Source: Callorhinchus milii (Eukaryota). Taken from it: a DNA stretch of 64,000 nt. Each line of letters opens with the position of its first letter. The first letter of the stretch is position 1. Shown here piece after piece: positions 23,411 to 37,345 of this stretch. The position numbers and the translations under genes were made by a program. The stretch spans positions 61,754,001 through 61,818,000 of the forward strand of contig NW_024704742.1 in NCBI RefSeq assembly GCF_018977255.1, given 5' to 3'. The notes under the pieces were generated by a model. That model made no database searches. It saw only the letters and a program-made list of their open reading frames with translations, and was not told the DNA's origin.

Positions 23411-24283
23411 GACTTAGGCTAAAGACCTTCCTGTTATTGGTGCCTATGGTCACCTTTCCTCTCTCCCTGCCTCAAGGCCAACCTCACCAATGTTAAGCAC
23501 CACAAGATACTACCTGTGTGACGGACGATACGTAAATGCTAGTTGTTATTATTGTAGGCTGCAATGTTGAAATCCGACTGCAATAAACTAGAAAAACATT
23601 TATCTCCACAAATAATTGTTTCAATACCAATCACATGTTGACAAATATGCATGATAATGCTTGCAGCAGTCAGTAGAGATCACAAGACTGATTTGGATGA
23701 AGAAGGCCTTCCGGCCCATCTGATCTCATCCTTTCAGAGCACCCTACTGTCCTCCAATCACAGCATCAAGCTGCTTTATAAATGAGTCCAAGGTCCTGGC
23801 TTCAACCACCCTATTATTGAACTAATTTCTCATCTTCCCCTCTGTGGTGGTGCAGCCAGTCACAGAAAAATTGAGATAAAATGCGTAGTGTTTCTTATTG
23901 TTCAATAGCTTTATTTTGTGTGAATTAATACAAGGATTGAAACATCACCAACGTTACCCTAATATCAACCAGAGGTGTGTCAGCCTCACGGCAATTTCTT
24001 TCTGCTCTTTCCTTGACCTCTTCCAACAGACAGATGTTGAAAGATATGATGCACAAACTTGCTTTCCAGGTAATATCAATCTCCACTTAGATTCTCACCT
24101 CTCTACCATCTCAGCTGATGAAAGAAAACAGCTGATCACAATATAATTTACATTTATAAAGCAACTTTCATGTCCAGAGGAGGTCTCAAAAGGCTTCACA
24201 AAAATATAAGAAAAATATAATAATAATAATCCTTGCATTTGATATAGCACTTTTCACGTTTTCTTGACGTCTCAAAGTGCTTT

Positions 24284-24807
24284 GATTTCAAGATCCTCAT
24301 CCTCACCTACAAGGCCATTCACGGCCTTGCTCCCTCCTACCTCTCCAACCTACTATCCCCCTACCTACCTGCCCGTACCCTCCGTTCCTCTGGCTCCGGT
24401 CTGCTCCACGTCCCCCGCCCCAACCGCCCTACCATCGGTGGTCGGGCCTTCAGCCTCTCAGCCCCCAGGCTCTGGAACTCCATCCCCCAGTGCCTTCGCC
24501 GCTTCCTCCCTTTCCTCCTTCAAGGCCGGTCTCAAAACCTTTCTCTTTGACCGTGCCTTCAGCTCCCCTCTCGACTCTCTTCCCCTCCTCGCTCCCTCCC
24601 TTCCCTCCCCTCACCCTGACCATTTCCCCCTCCTTGCTCCCTCCCTTCCCTCACCCTGACCATTTTCCCCCTCCTCGCTCCCTCCCTTCCCTCCCCTCAC
24701 CCTGACCATTTCCCCCCTGCTCGGGTCATGACCCAACTGTGCAGCGCCTTGGGACGTCCTCCTGACGTGAAAGGCGCTTTATAAATGGAATCTTGTTGTT
24801 GTTGTTG
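24284..24807 (+). mobile_element. L2 family A 3' end with an expanded 3'UTR tandem repeat, inserted in a SINE tail
   Basis: Closely similar to the reverse complement of 18907-19345; flanked by tgctt on both sides within a minus-strand SINE. Confidence 0.95.
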
Positions 24808-24820
24808 CTTCACAGAGTAT

Positions 24821-24992
24821 AATAATAATAATAATAATCCTTGCATTTGATATAGCGCTTTTCACGTCTTCTCGATGTCCCAAAGCGCTTCACAGCATAT
24901 ACTGTAAAGTGAATTGACTGCATATTTGTGGGCGAAAGCGGCAGTCAATTGCACACAGCAATGTCCCACAAACAGTCGTGGATTGAAAATGA
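24821..24992 (-). mobile_element. Young SINE 3' part
   Basis: (TAA)n then tccttgcatttgatatagcgcttttcacgtc. Confidence 0.9.
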
Positions 24993-25890
24993 TTTAACGC
25001 CAAAGAGACAAAAACCTTCGGTATGAACAACAACTATAATTTTACATTTATATAGAGGATTGAGGACAACATCTCAATCCACTCCAATACAATACCATTT
25101 ATTTTTATATAATGCCTTTCACTTTGAGAGGATAATAATAATAATTCCTACATTTGGTAAAGCACATTTCATGTCAGGATGGTGTCTCAAAGTGCTTCAC
25201 AGTATATCCTGTAAAGTGTAGTAAATGTGTGTTTTGTGGACGAGGTTATCTCAAAGCGTTTAAACTGTAAGTGTTTGCATACCAGTGTTGTTACTATTAG
25301 CAACAAAAATGCTTCTGTTTGGCCAGCTTTTGGTTAAGATTAAATGTGTTTTGAACCCTGCTTGGTTACGGATGTGACTTCAGCACATTGATCATATTGA
25401 GATGATCGGGTCATTTTGGCCCTGGTCAAAGTGACAAATGACATTCTGTCCATCTGCAACCAGGGCTCCCTCTGCCTCCTGTCCTCCTTGACCTCTCTGC
25501 TGCCTTCAACACTGTTGACCACTCTATCCTCATCCACCGCCTCTCCTCTCACCTCAACCTTCACGGTTCTGTCCTTGAATGGTTTAAATCCTACCTCTCA
25601 CACCGCCTCCACTTCATCTCAACAAATGGCTTCTCCTGTAGCCCCCACATCGTCTCATGCAGAGTTCCTCAGGGCTCTGTCCTTGGTCCCCTCATCTTCA
25701 ACATCTATATGCTCCCTCTTGGTGACATCAACCACAGACATGGACTCAACTTCCACATGTGTGCGGATGACATCCAACATTACCTCTCTGCTTCCACTCT
25801 TGACTGCAGGACCACTGCTGCCTTGACGGAATGTCTGTCAGACATCAAGTCTTGGATGAGAGCCAACTTTCTTCAGTTGAACGTCAACAA

Positions 25891-27442
25891 CAACAACAAC
25901 TTGGATTTATATAGCGCCCGAGGACGGCGTCTCAGAGCGCTTCACAGTAACGAATCCTGGGGCCAAGCCAGGGGGAGGGGAGGAAGGTGACCAAAGGCGC
26001 GGTCGAAAAGAAAGGTATTCAGCAGGGACCTGAAATTAGGAAGAGAGGGAGCGAGACGAAGGGAATGAGGAAGGGAATTCCAGAGTCTCGGGGCATAGTG
26101 GCTGAAGGCAGGGCCGCCGAGGGTGGAGCGGAGGATTCGGGGGACGAGGAGGAGGCCAGACCCGGAGGAACAAAGGCAACAGGTACTGTTTTGAGGAGAG
26201 AGGAGGTCAGAGAGGTAGGGGGTTGCAGAGGAGTGGAGGGATTTGAATACAAGGATGAGGATCTTGAAGTCGACCCTCTCTGGGTTAGGCAGCCAGTGCA
26301 GTCTGGCAAAGACTGGGGTGATCAGGGAGTGGAGTTTCGTATGGGTGGCAGAGTTTTGAATGATCTGAATTTTATGGTTAGTAGTGGATGGGAGACCGGC
26401 GAGGAGGGCATTAGAATAGTCGAGCCGAGAGGTGACAAAGGCATGGACCAAGGTTTTCGGAGAGACGTATTGGCAGAGATGGGCGATGCGTCGGAGGTGG
26501 AAGAAGGCGGTGTTGGTGAAGGACCGGATAATAATAATCTTTGCATTTGATATAGCGCTTTTCACATCTTCTTGACGTCTCAAAGCGCTTCACAGAATAT
26601 ACTGTAAAGTGAATGACTGTATATTTGTGGGCGAAACGCAGCAGCCAATTGCGCACAGCAGTGTCCCACAAACACTCGTCGATTGAAAATGGCCAATTCA
26701 TTATTGTTTTTGGAGGGATTATTATTAGGTGTGTGGAGTAAGGAAACTTGCCCATGGTTTCGTCCTGCCTGGAATTGAACCCAGGTGTCTCGCTTGCAAA
26801 GCGAGTCCTCTAACCACTGAGCTACAGTTCTCCACTGTGGGGAGGGGGATGTGGGGGAGGAAGGATAATTGGGGGTCGAACCTGATGCCTAGGTTGCATA
26901 TGGGTTCGGAGAGTTTCAGGGGGAGGTCGGGTAGGTGGTGAGAGCTGTGAGATTTTAGACGTTGACGAGAGCCAAAGAGTATGGCTTCCATTTTGTCAAC
27001 GTTCAGCTGAAGGAAATTTGCGCTCATCCAGCCCCTGCGATCTGACAGGCAGGCTGACAGAACATCAGGGGACTGGGGGTCGCAAAGAGAGGTGGAGAAA
27101 TAGAGTTGGGTGTCGTCCACGTACATGTGGAAATGTACCTCATGTCTATCGATGACATCCCCAAGAGGAAGCATGTAGGTCAGAAAGAGGAAGGGGCTAA
27201 GGTTGGATCCTTGGGCTACCCTGCAAGTAACCGGGTGAGAATGGGAGGAGAAGCCGTTTGTGCAGATGTACTGCTGGCTGTTTGTGGGGTAGGACTCGAA
27301 CCAGGCGAGTGCGGTCCCACTGAGATGAATGACGGAGGAAAGGCGGTGGAGGAGGATGGCGTGATCGACTGTGTCGAACACGGTGGAGAGGTCCAGGAGG
27401 ACAAGGAGGCAGAGGGAGCCCTGGTCATAGATAGAGATCGGG
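25891..27442 (-). mobile_element. L2 family B element nested in the + strand L2
   Basis: ORF 26725-27450 RT (YVDDTQLY); same tail type as 4141-5035. Confidence 0.95.
26529..26833 (-). mobile_element. Short-subfamily SINE nested in the L2-B
   Basis: Full head-to-tail copy interrupting ggaccggat|gtgg of the L2-B. Confidence 0.95.
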
Positions 27443-28407
27443 GTCAACAAGACCGAGGCTCTCCTGATTGGCTCCTGTCAGCGCCTCCTCACGTCAGGCA
27501 CTGACAGCATCACCATCCATGGTTGCACACTCCATCTTGCTAAGCCAGTCCAGAAACTTGGCGTCTTGTTTGATCCTCAACTATCCTTTCTACCCCACAT
27601 CTGTGCCATGACCCGCTCTGCCTTCCCCCACCTCCGCAACATCGCTCAGCTCCACCACTGTCTCACACCACAGGCCGCCGAAACCCTCATACATGCATTC
27701 ATAATATCGAGGCTTGACTATGCAAACTTCTTGCTTGTCGGCCTCCCAAACTCTTCCCTCCATAGGCTGCAGATCATACAGAACTCTGCAGCCCGTGTCC
27801 TCTGCCGTAACAGGCTCCATGACCCTATCACCCCCATCCTTGCCTGACTCCACTGGTTTCCCATCACACAGAGGATACAGTTCAAGATCCTAATCCTCAC
27901 CTTCAAAGCCCTCCATGGCCTTGTTCCCTCCTATTTATGCGACCTCCTAACCCCCTACCATCCTGCCCACTCCCTCTGCTCAGTGGGCTCCAGGCTGCTT
28001 AACATACCCAGCCTCCCTCGCCCCACCATTGGCAGGTGGGCCTTCTGCCACTCTGTCCCTACCTTCTGGAATTCCATCTTGCAGTCCCTCCACCTCGCCC
28101 CCTCCCTTGCCTCCTTCAAGACCCATCTCAAGACTCTCCTCTTCGACCGTGCTTTCGATCTCCCTGCTATCATCCCCAATCCCAACCCCCAGCTCGGGTC
28201 CGAAACACTGACTGTCCAGCACCTTGGGATGTCTTCTCGACATGAAAGGCGTGATACAAATGTAATTTTGTTGTTGTTGGGACTGCACTGCTTGGTTTGA
28301 GAGGCTGGATTTTGTGATAATGGATTGATGAGTGTTTTTTTACGCAGTCCGGGAGCTGGGCTGAGACAATGGACTATGTGTTTGGGGTACATTTGTAATT
28401 GGATTTA

Positions 28408-28745
28408 TAATAATTCTTGCATTTGATATAGCCTTATCACATTGCCGAACCGATTCAAAACACTTCATAGGATATTACTGTAGAGTGCAGTGACTGTGAA
28501 CGTAGGCCAACATGGCAGCCAATTTCACACAGCAAATTTGGAACGGGAGGAATAGAAGAAATATAAAAATAATATTCCTTGCAATTGTGCAGCACCTAAC
28601 ACATCAAAACATATCGAAGTGCTTAACAGATAATTGCTGTCAACTTTGGTAACCGTGCATTCGTAGGTAAATGGGACAGCCAATTTGCACACAGCAGGTC
28701 TCACAAGCAGCCATAAAGTGAATGATTAATTTATCTGGAGGATTA
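28408..28745 (-). mobile_element. Two SINE 3' fragments
   Basis: The ttgcatttgatata.../gcagccaattt motifs occur twice. Confidence 0.65.
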
Positions 28746-29293
28746 ACGTGTATGGCAGGATTATTAATGCAGTTATGTGGTATGAACAAATTTAATCATC
28801 TCTTTTTATCTGTACAATGCTAACAGGAGATGAATATAAATGACTCAGCTGGAATTTGCTGCTGATTTAGCAGATAGTGGTTTTAGTAAATAAAAAGAAC
28901 AACAATTTGTATTTATACAGCACCTTTGAAACAGGGAGTATATATATCAAAGTGCTTCTCAGAGATTAAGAGGCTGAGTTGGGAGGAAGATGGTTAAATA
29001 GTTAAATGCTCGCTAGGTGGAGTGGGTGCAGGGCAGGAAGCAGGCCAATGTTGATGTAGCTCAAACCAATGGAAAAGTTGACGCTCTGTGGCCCAAAATT
29101 CTCCAATCATACAGAATTCAAAATCATACAAATTTCCAGATCATACAGAATTTTGGAAAATTCTTAATTTGTCTCAATTTGGAAGCAGTTTTCCACAAAA
29201 CCACTAAAAACCTTCAAAAGTAAGACTGTATTCAAGGTTTTTCCAAATCGATGCAGGATCTTACATTTTAAAACTGATCATTGTTCAGATAAA

Positions 29294-29380
29294 TTTTGTA
29301 TGGTCAGCCGGGTGTCTGACACTTGTGGAATCTACCATCTTGCTAAAGAATATCCAAACCAGACTGAGGATTCCATTTAC
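29294..29380. mobile_element. Family X terminal fragment
   Basis: tggtcagccgggtgtctgacacttgtggaa...tatccaaaccagact. Confidence 0.75.
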
Positions 29381-29869
29381 TCACAGAAATGTCCCTGAGC
29401 ATAGATAAATGGAAAGTTGAAGAGCTAGTATTTGCAATCTTATGAAGGAGCAAATAAAATGGAAAAAAAATTGAATCAACAGAAAAATACTTGTGTGTGT
29501 GAGAGAGAGAGAAAATAGATAAAAATGGAAGTGTGAAAGCAATGAAAGAGATGCACAAATCATAGGCTTGCTTCTCATTAGTAACCTTCTCTGACTGTGA
29601 ACTTTTTGTTTATTACAGCCTTCTGTTCAATTATCTCACAGCAACATGTCAGAATGCAGAGCCTCTAGTACTTGTTCTACTGTTGCTGGCTCCAGTAATG
29701 CCTTCCTATAATGAAACGGTCTGTCATCACACACATTTCCTGTGAGATCTTGCTTACAAAAGGTGCTGACAGGTGAACCTCTCACAGTCGTGCTCTGGTC
29801 AGGCGCCACCTAGATTATTGCATATAGTTCTGGTTGCCATGACGTAAGCAAGCTGCCCGGGTCAAAGAA

Positions 29870-30260
29870 AAGGAACAGGGATCATCCCTAGTGTTAAAGG
29901 AATGGGCTATGAGCAATGATTAGACAAGCTAGGGCTCTTCAGTCTTGAGAAGAAGTCTCAGTGGAGACCTTATAGTGGTGTCTTTTTTAAAAAAATGAGA
30001 TTGAAAAAGTAAATCCAGTATAATACTACAGGATGTACCAAGCCAGTAAAACAAGAGGACGTGCTTTAGAATTGCAAAGGGCAATTTCAGGTCAGACACG
30101 GGAAATCTTTGTTTTACTCAGATGATAATGAACAACTGGAACAGATTGCCAGGAAGGGTGTTTGAGGTCACTGGACTCATTTAAAGATAAGGTTATGCTG
30201 TGATGGGAGAATGGAGGACAGAGAGAGAGCATGAGGGGTGATCAATCTGGGCTGAACGTA
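29870..30260 (+). mobile_element. Old CR1 3' portion
   Basis: LGLFSLEK..GDL..V and aacaagaggac (RTRGH) remnants. Confidence 0.8.
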
Positions 30261-30547
30261 AAGCAGAACTGCAAGGAGTTGGCTTTCAAACATTGTTGTT
30301 GTCTGTGCAGGTTTCTTACATTCAGCATTCTTGTCAAATTTACTGGGAAATGTTGTGATTGGGACTGGAGGGCAGTGTCACAATGCAAAGTCACAAGAGG
30401 TTACATAAATCACAGTCAGCTGCTTTTCCTTCCCAGGCAAACAGGAAGAGCAGCAGGGTCAAGTATCAAACTTGTGGCACGTGATAAAACTACCAGTGCT
30501 TTGATTTTTATCCCTATATTTTTTTTCTTGTTTCCCTTATCTTGAGG

Positions 30548-31058
30548 AATAACAATCCTTGCATTTGGTATAGCGACGTATCACGTCTTCAAGGCATCTC
30601 AAAGCACTTCACAGAATACACTGTAAAGTGAATTGACTATATATTTTGTGGGTGAAATTAGTAACATATCCACCACAAGCATTATTGCAAACACAATGAC
30701 TTCTCGTGATTTCTCAAGATATTGTGGTTGACACCATGGCTCAGTTGAAGCATTGCATTGTTAACGGTGCCGTACTTTGGATGAGACATTCAACCGAGGT
30801 CCCATCTACCTTTGCAGGTGAATGTTAAAGATTTCATCGGACCATTTGAATTGAGAAGGGAGTTTATCCCGGTATCCTGGTCAGGAACCCCCAATAAAAT
30901 TTGTTATTCAATTCATGGTTGTTTGTGGACATTGCTGTATGCAAATTGGCTACCATGTTCGCTTACAAAATACACTTTAAAGCAAATCCTTTGGAGCGCT
31001 TTTAGGCATACTCCTGATATCAAAAGTCATGTATCAAAAGCAAGGAGTATTATTATTT
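30548..31058. mobile_element. SINE tail (-) and DeuSINE (+, 30735-31058)
   Basis: Family motifs as above. Confidence 0.7.
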
Positions 31059-31629
31059 TGTTTAAAAATCCTATTGAGTCTTTGCAACACCACACCCATA
31101 GATTGAAAACACAGAGCGGTTTTGTCACAAGCTTGGTTTGCAATAAAACCCATGGATGAATCAGCCTCACAACATTGCAATATGTTTGAAAAATGTTTTA
31201 GCAGCCAGGACACAATTTGTCTTTTCAGCCACAAGTGAAAAGGTATTTTCACATTAATTTTTCCGCAGACTGTACATGAAAGGACATGCAGAGGAAATAT
31301 ATCTTTATAAAAATATTGTTGTAAAAGTGTAAATTTCTCTGAACATTTCAATAGATGGGCATGATGCTTATCTGGCAAACTGGTTTCATGCCCATTAAGA
31401 AAGATAGGATTGTCAGATACCTCTCAGGCTATGACAAGATGTGAGACACAACATATAATTACAGGTCTTAAATATGCTTTATAGTGCATGCAATCTGCAG
31501 CTACATTTCCCGCTGTGATATGAAATGAACACACAATATCCAGCACTGGTAATGGAGAGAACAATAACACTCATTATTGGGAGTCTGAAATGTACCATTT
31601 CAAACCCTACATCAACTTTTTACGTAAAG

Positions 31630-32140
31630 AAGCTGCCTTTTTTTCCATCTCAGGAACATTCCTATCTCAACCCCTATGCAGATAAAACTCTCATCCATGT
31701 TTTTGTCACCTCAAGTCTTGATTTTTCTGATATATTCCCTTCTGGCCTCTCCACTCCAGCAGCCACATGGTTATAAAGTAGTCCAACCTTTTGGTTGCTG
31801 AGGGCCGGATGCCCTATTTGAGAAACATCCATGGGCTGCATAAGCAATATTTTTGTGCTTCTCTTCCAGAAATATAAAATTTATGGGTTATGGAGGGAAC
31901 AGTTGGGCCAGATGAAATGGAGGAAGGGAGGCGAGGATGAATTTGGCGCATGGGCTGCCAGTTGGACCACCCTAAGCTCATCAAACTTATCAAGAGCTCT
32001 GCAGCCAGCATTCTCTCCCACACCAGGCTCAGTACGTCAAGTATCTACAGTCATGCTGGGCTCCACTGGCTTTCAGTAACACAATAGCTTCAAGATCTTA
32101 ACCATCACCTTTAGATCCTTCAGTAATCTTGTCCCGTTCA
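31630..32140 (+). mobile_element. Old L2 fragment interrupted by a MITE
   Basis: KTLIHVFVTSSLDF; ctccactggc...ttcaagatc. Confidence 0.7.
31774..31974. mobile_element. hAT-like MITE
   Basis: Degenerate TIRs taaagtagtccaac / gttggaccacccta with gggcc subterminal motifs; TSD not recognisable. Confidence 0.55.
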
Positions 32141-32869
32141 TTCTCTACAATTTCCTTCAGCTCTATTCTGATAGAATAGTACTGAAGAAAACTGTAACCC
32201 TACAATTATGACGGAATTTGATAGGGTGAACTTGTTGGTGAGTCCAAAATGAGGAAGTTTAATGTAAGATAGATAGCTAGTAGTAAATCTAATATGGAAT
32301 TTAGGAAGAACCTCTACATGCAGAGGGAAGTGAGAATGTGGAAGGAATCCACTACTAGAAACTGTGGATGAAGCAAAAAACATCAATGTGAATAACTTTG
32401 AGATGGCCATACAACTTGAAAAGTAGGAATGCAGTGTAAATTGTTGTTGCAACTTCTGATTTACTATGACATATAACCTCCATTATCAAGATGTAATCTC
32501 ACCCCTCGAGAAAAGTCCTTAACTTTAGTTACCTTTTCTGCAGCCAAATTGTCTGTAATTTATTACACAGTCAATTGCCCATCTTGTTTCTGATTATTGA
32601 ACCTATTAGTTTTCCAATTATTAAGGTCAGGCTTGTGGGTCTGTACTTGCCAGATATTCACCATCCTTCAATATTCATTTGTTTCAAGTCTGTTGGAACC
32701 TCCCCAGTGTTCAATAATTCTCTCAAAGCAAGTGCTTAGAATTGCCACTTGTCTCCAAAAGCACCTTGGAGTATAGTTAATCCATTAAATAAATCACAGC
32801 GATGTCAGCACGGAAGGAAACATTTGGCCCATCAAACATGTGCCATCCCAGGGAGATTCATTGGTTTTC

Positions 32870-33200
32870 AGCCAGGAGGACGTCTCAAAGCGAATCACAA
32901 GATATACTCTAAAGTGTAATGACTGTATTTGTAGGCAAATGTAGTAACCAATTTGCATGCAGCAATGTCCCACAAACAGCCATGCAGTGAATGATCATTT
33001 TTTTTCTCTCTGGTGGATTGTTGGGCAAGACTCTGGGAGGAACTCCCTTCTCATTCCCAACAGTGCCATGGGAGCTTAATGATCACCTGAATAGGCAGAT
33101 GGTATCTCGGTTTAACATCTCATCTGAAGATACGGCACCTCCGATAATGCAGTACTCCTCCAGCACTGCACTGGAGTGTCAACTAGACTTTGAGTTCAAT
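32870..33200 (-). mobile_element. DeuSINE
   Basis: Well-preserved Deu-like core (ctcggtttaacatctcatctgaa...gcactgcactggagtgtc). Confidence 0.8.
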
Positions 33201-35369
33201 ATGGACATCGGCCTAGACTGTGAGTTTATTATGAGTTTACTATTTTCTGTTCTTCATTTACAACTTGTTTAGGGTTTGAACTTCCTGCCCGATGAGTCTC
33301 TTTCAATTAGAATGGTAGTCAAAATGTAGATTGAATAGTAACAAGCTCCTGCGCTCCCTAACACACCTTGCAAACATCAATGAGTTGTGACCTAAAACCA
33401 AAACTGAAGGTTACTGACAATAATAGACCTCATGGTGCCATCTTGTGGTAGATCCAAGCAGCTTCACATGACAAAACCTCAGCTTCTGTTAGCTTCAGTA
33501 ATAGGGTCATTTTCAAACTTATGACTTCTATTGACTTGTCTGTGTAGTTTTTCATGGTGACAATGTTCTCACTTTATTTTTTCTCTTGTTTTTGACAAAC
33601 AAAGGCTTATATCTGCTGCTTGTTGGGTGACAATCCTGATTTACTGAAACATAATAATTATTTACTCGGTAGTAAATGCAGTTTGTGAGGCACTTGCAAG
33701 TTTAATGGCTTTCTACACACAGGCAGCAAACGATGACAAGGTCTTTCAGTGTGCACAAAATGTACCTTCCTGTTTGTCAACTCCAAATCCTGAAATAAAA
33801 TTCATTGGAAGCTTTGCAAAAAAAAGTTGCTTTAATTGTAATTAAAAAAGTGTTGAAGTTATTTACTGACCAAGATAATGAATAGCCCAGTGCATAGTTT
33901 TTTTTAGCAGCAAAAGACATTTATATAAAAAAACTATTTGTTTTTAGCACCTTGGGACATCCTCCCAAAGTGAAAGGTGTTGTTGTTGTTGTTGTTATGA
34001 AGTAAAATGATCATTATTATAATACAGTTTTGCTCTGGTTCTTAGCATTGTTGTATACGGTATCTGTTTTTCTAGGTCAGATAGTAGGTGTTTTTTTAAG
34101 AGCTGTGTGTGGATACCACTAGTCATACATAAAGAGAAGACAGAATAATGCTCCATGCCAATGACTCCTAAAGTGCTTGGAAATCACAGACTTCTTAATT
34201 CACCCGATTCACACATAGGTTTTGAAAAGCCGGCCACTGCAACAAGTCAATGCAAGCAGCATAAATCCCTGGTCTAAGAAAGATCCATTAAGCAAAAGAA
34301 AAGGGCCAAACAATAGGTTATATCAATCTGCATTTAATTATCCTGGGTCACAATAGATTATTCTAACTGAAGGGCAAACACATGCAGTGTGAATATTAAT
34401 TGTGAATCTGCCCCATGCGCTGTTTGTCATTCAATTCTACTTCTGCAAAGAAAGCAACAAATAAAAATCATCTACCCTGTAATGTCTTTCCACAATTAAC
34501 ACTGGTTTTATTACATGCTTTGGTGCAGATGGATGTATAAAACTATGGTATCCAAACAAGATTTGAAACGGACAAATTATAAACATCTTTAAAAACTTTT
34601 TGATCATTTATTTCCATTCTAAATATGTTTCCTGTGTTACCATTGTCACAGGAGGGTTAATCAATATGTAACAAAATTCTACTGCTTCACCCATGAGACT
34701 TTCTTTTTAACACAATGAAGGGTGTAAATATTTCAAAAGGCACTTCTCAATTATCCTCAAAATGTAGGGGGCAATGAATCATTTGATGTAACATTGAAAT
34801 TGTTGGGACCTTCAGCATTCCTCATTACTGTTTGTTTATCTCCCAGCAGTTTCCTTCATTCAATCACCATTATCTTGACTTTATTAAGGTAACAAAGAAA
34901 AGCCTTATCCCACTTGTCTGCTCAGTCACAGCAGGAGAACCATTAAGATGGTGCTTGATGTTCAAATTTTAGTTTACAAGATAACAAGATTGGTTTGGAT
35001 GAAGATAATAATATAATAATAATCCTTGTTTGGCCCATCTGATCTAATCGCCCACAAAATATGCAGTCAATCCACTTTACAGTATATTCTGTGAAGTGCT
35101 TTGAGATGTTCCAATGACATGATAAGGCACTATATAAAATGCTAGGATTATTATTATTATCCCTCTAGACCACCATTCATAGCACCGAGCTGCTTTTTAA
35201 ATGTCCTGGTCTAAATCACCCTTCCTGGCAACCTGTTCCAGTCATTAATGCACTCTGAGTAAAGAAAAATTTTCTGGTGTCTGTCCTGAAATTGTCCTTT
35301 TCAACTCTAAGCCTTGCAGGTGACCAGACTTCACTGACTTACCGTAATCAAGTAGATCAACTTCAAAAT

Positions 35370-35755
35370 CCTCGTGCTGTTTTTAATTCCTTTCATAGAC
35401 TTGCCCCTCCCAACATTGCAATCTCCTCCAGACCTATTTTCCTGCCATGCCTTCTGCTCTTCCGAATGTGGTTTACTTCTTATTGCTCAGTCCCTTAATT
35501 CCACTGTCAATTGATAAGGTTTCAACCATTATGTCCCTGGGCTCTGGAATACCCTTCCCAAATCCTTTTACCTTGCTCTTTCTCTCCCATTTTCCAAACA
35601 TTCTAAGAAGACTTATCCCTCTGACCATGCCTTTGGTCAACACCCTCAAACTCCCCCGACCCACCTTGATTGGGGATGCGCACTGACTTCTTGAAATGCC
35701 TTGAAACATTTATCTTCCGTGAATGGCGTTATACAAGTGCAAATTGCTATTGTTG
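35370..35755 (+). mobile_element. Old L2 3' end
   Basis: gggctctggaataccctt... and tail. Confidence 0.65.
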
Positions 35756-36909
35756 ATGAAGCTTAATATCATCATCGATTGAGCCATGTCATACCTAGGG
35801 CATGAGAAGGGCAGCTCTGTACACAGCTATGCCTACACTTACGCTATTCATGTTGGGGAACATTTGCAATATGTTTTAAACTTCTACCAAATTCATGGAG
35901 ACTGAATGAGATCAAATGTTCATAAGCATTTATAAGAGTGCAGTGTAGAAGAGCTCGGAGTGGCAGAGTGGGTTTAAGTACCATGTTTGTCTTCTGGGAT
36001 CTGTACTGAGATCCAGTGGGTGTAATGAAAGTCTCCTCTTTCTTTGTCTGCCAGATGTAAGTGCCCTATAAATTAGAGTAATGTTGCTTTTCTTCCTGCT
36101 TGGTTTGAAGCACAGCACAGAAGATTCATAGAACACAATATAATCTACAATTGATTCCTAGCTCTATTCAACAGTAGAAAAAATAAAAAAGAATTTAGTA
36201 TTTTTAATGTGCCTTATTACATCGAAATGTCTTCAAAAGGATCAAGTTTAATGGATGTTTTGAAGACAAACGAGGCAGCCAATTTACACACAGCAAAGCC
36301 TCAAGCAGCCATGAGGTCAGTGTCCAATTTATTAAGGAAGATTAAGGTTAGGACACTGATAGAATCTCTCATCTCTATTCAAATATGGTCATGCCAATAT
36401 TGCTGTACACCTGAATAAGAGGCAGAAGGGTCCTTGGCCTAAATTGTTATCTGACTCACACAATAGTTGATACAACAAAATAGAAACAGGTATTTTCGGC
36501 ATGGAATGGGACTTGCTGCTCTAAGTGTCTGTGACACCACTGTCTATTTCTCCAAATCAATCTCTTTTTAAGAGGGGTCTTCTTTTCAGGTTGACTTGAT
36601 TGATGCTGACACTAATACAAAAACGTTGAAAATGAGTTTATTTCCCAAAGTACATCTTTCAATGTAATACAGTAAAACACACATAAGTCTGATCTGTATA
36701 AATCATATAATCGCCTAAGTCGTACATCTGCCCAAGTCTCATTGAATTTCCTATAACTTATGCAAGTTACACATAATGCATACTCTGCATAAGTCATATC
36801 AAATGTATGGCCCAACTAACATGACTTTATACAGGTTTACTGTATAAACAAGCTCAGTGAATAAGTAAAGTGGAGTGGGAGAAAATCAGACTCAAGATTA
36901 TTATATTAA

Positions 36910-37345
36910 AAGTAATCCTTGCATTTGGTATAGCGCCTTTCACATCAAGAGGACATCTCAAAGTGCTTCACAGGATATGCTGTAAAGTGTAGTGACTGTG
37001 TATTTGCAGGCGAACCTGGCAACTTAATTGCATAGAGCAATGTCCCATAAACAGCCATGAAGTGAGTGACCAATTTTATTTGGTACGTTGGCCAGGACAC
37101 CAGAAGAAACTCCCTTCTCTTTTTCAAATGTGACATGGGATCTTGAACATTCACTTGAACTGGCAGAAGGGACGTCAATTTAAAGTCACATCTGAAGGAT
37201 GTTACATCCAGTAATGGAACACACTCCCAGCACTGGATTGGAGTGACAGTTTAGACTATGTGAGTTAAAATTCTCATGTGGTGCTTAAACTCACAACCTT
37301 CTGACTCAGAGGCAAGAGTGCTAACCAACCAGCATAAACCAGTCC
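36910..37345 (-). mobile_element. DeuSINE, full length
   Basis: Head (cacaaccttctgactcagaggcaagagtgctaacc), Deu-like core, tail. Confidence 0.85.

Larger units (their letters stand above)
25412..28278 (+). mobile_element. L2 family A-like element split by nested insertions (own sequence 25412-25890 and 27443-28278)
   Basis: [10 protein letters not shown]...QLNVN | KTEALLIGS...; the reading continues across the insert; TSD gtcaacaa. Confidence 0.95.

Noticed and set aside
24723..24734. GGGTCATGACCC perfect IR-0 nuclear-receptor palindrome
   Set aside because: It lies inside a young L2 3'UTR and is one substitution from the sister copy; no evidence of function.
30296..30380. tgcag|gtttcttac resembling the start of HPGD exon 5 (possible duplicated exon)
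   Set aside because: Similarity ends after ~10 nt; there is no PVYxxxK and no donor at 77 nt.
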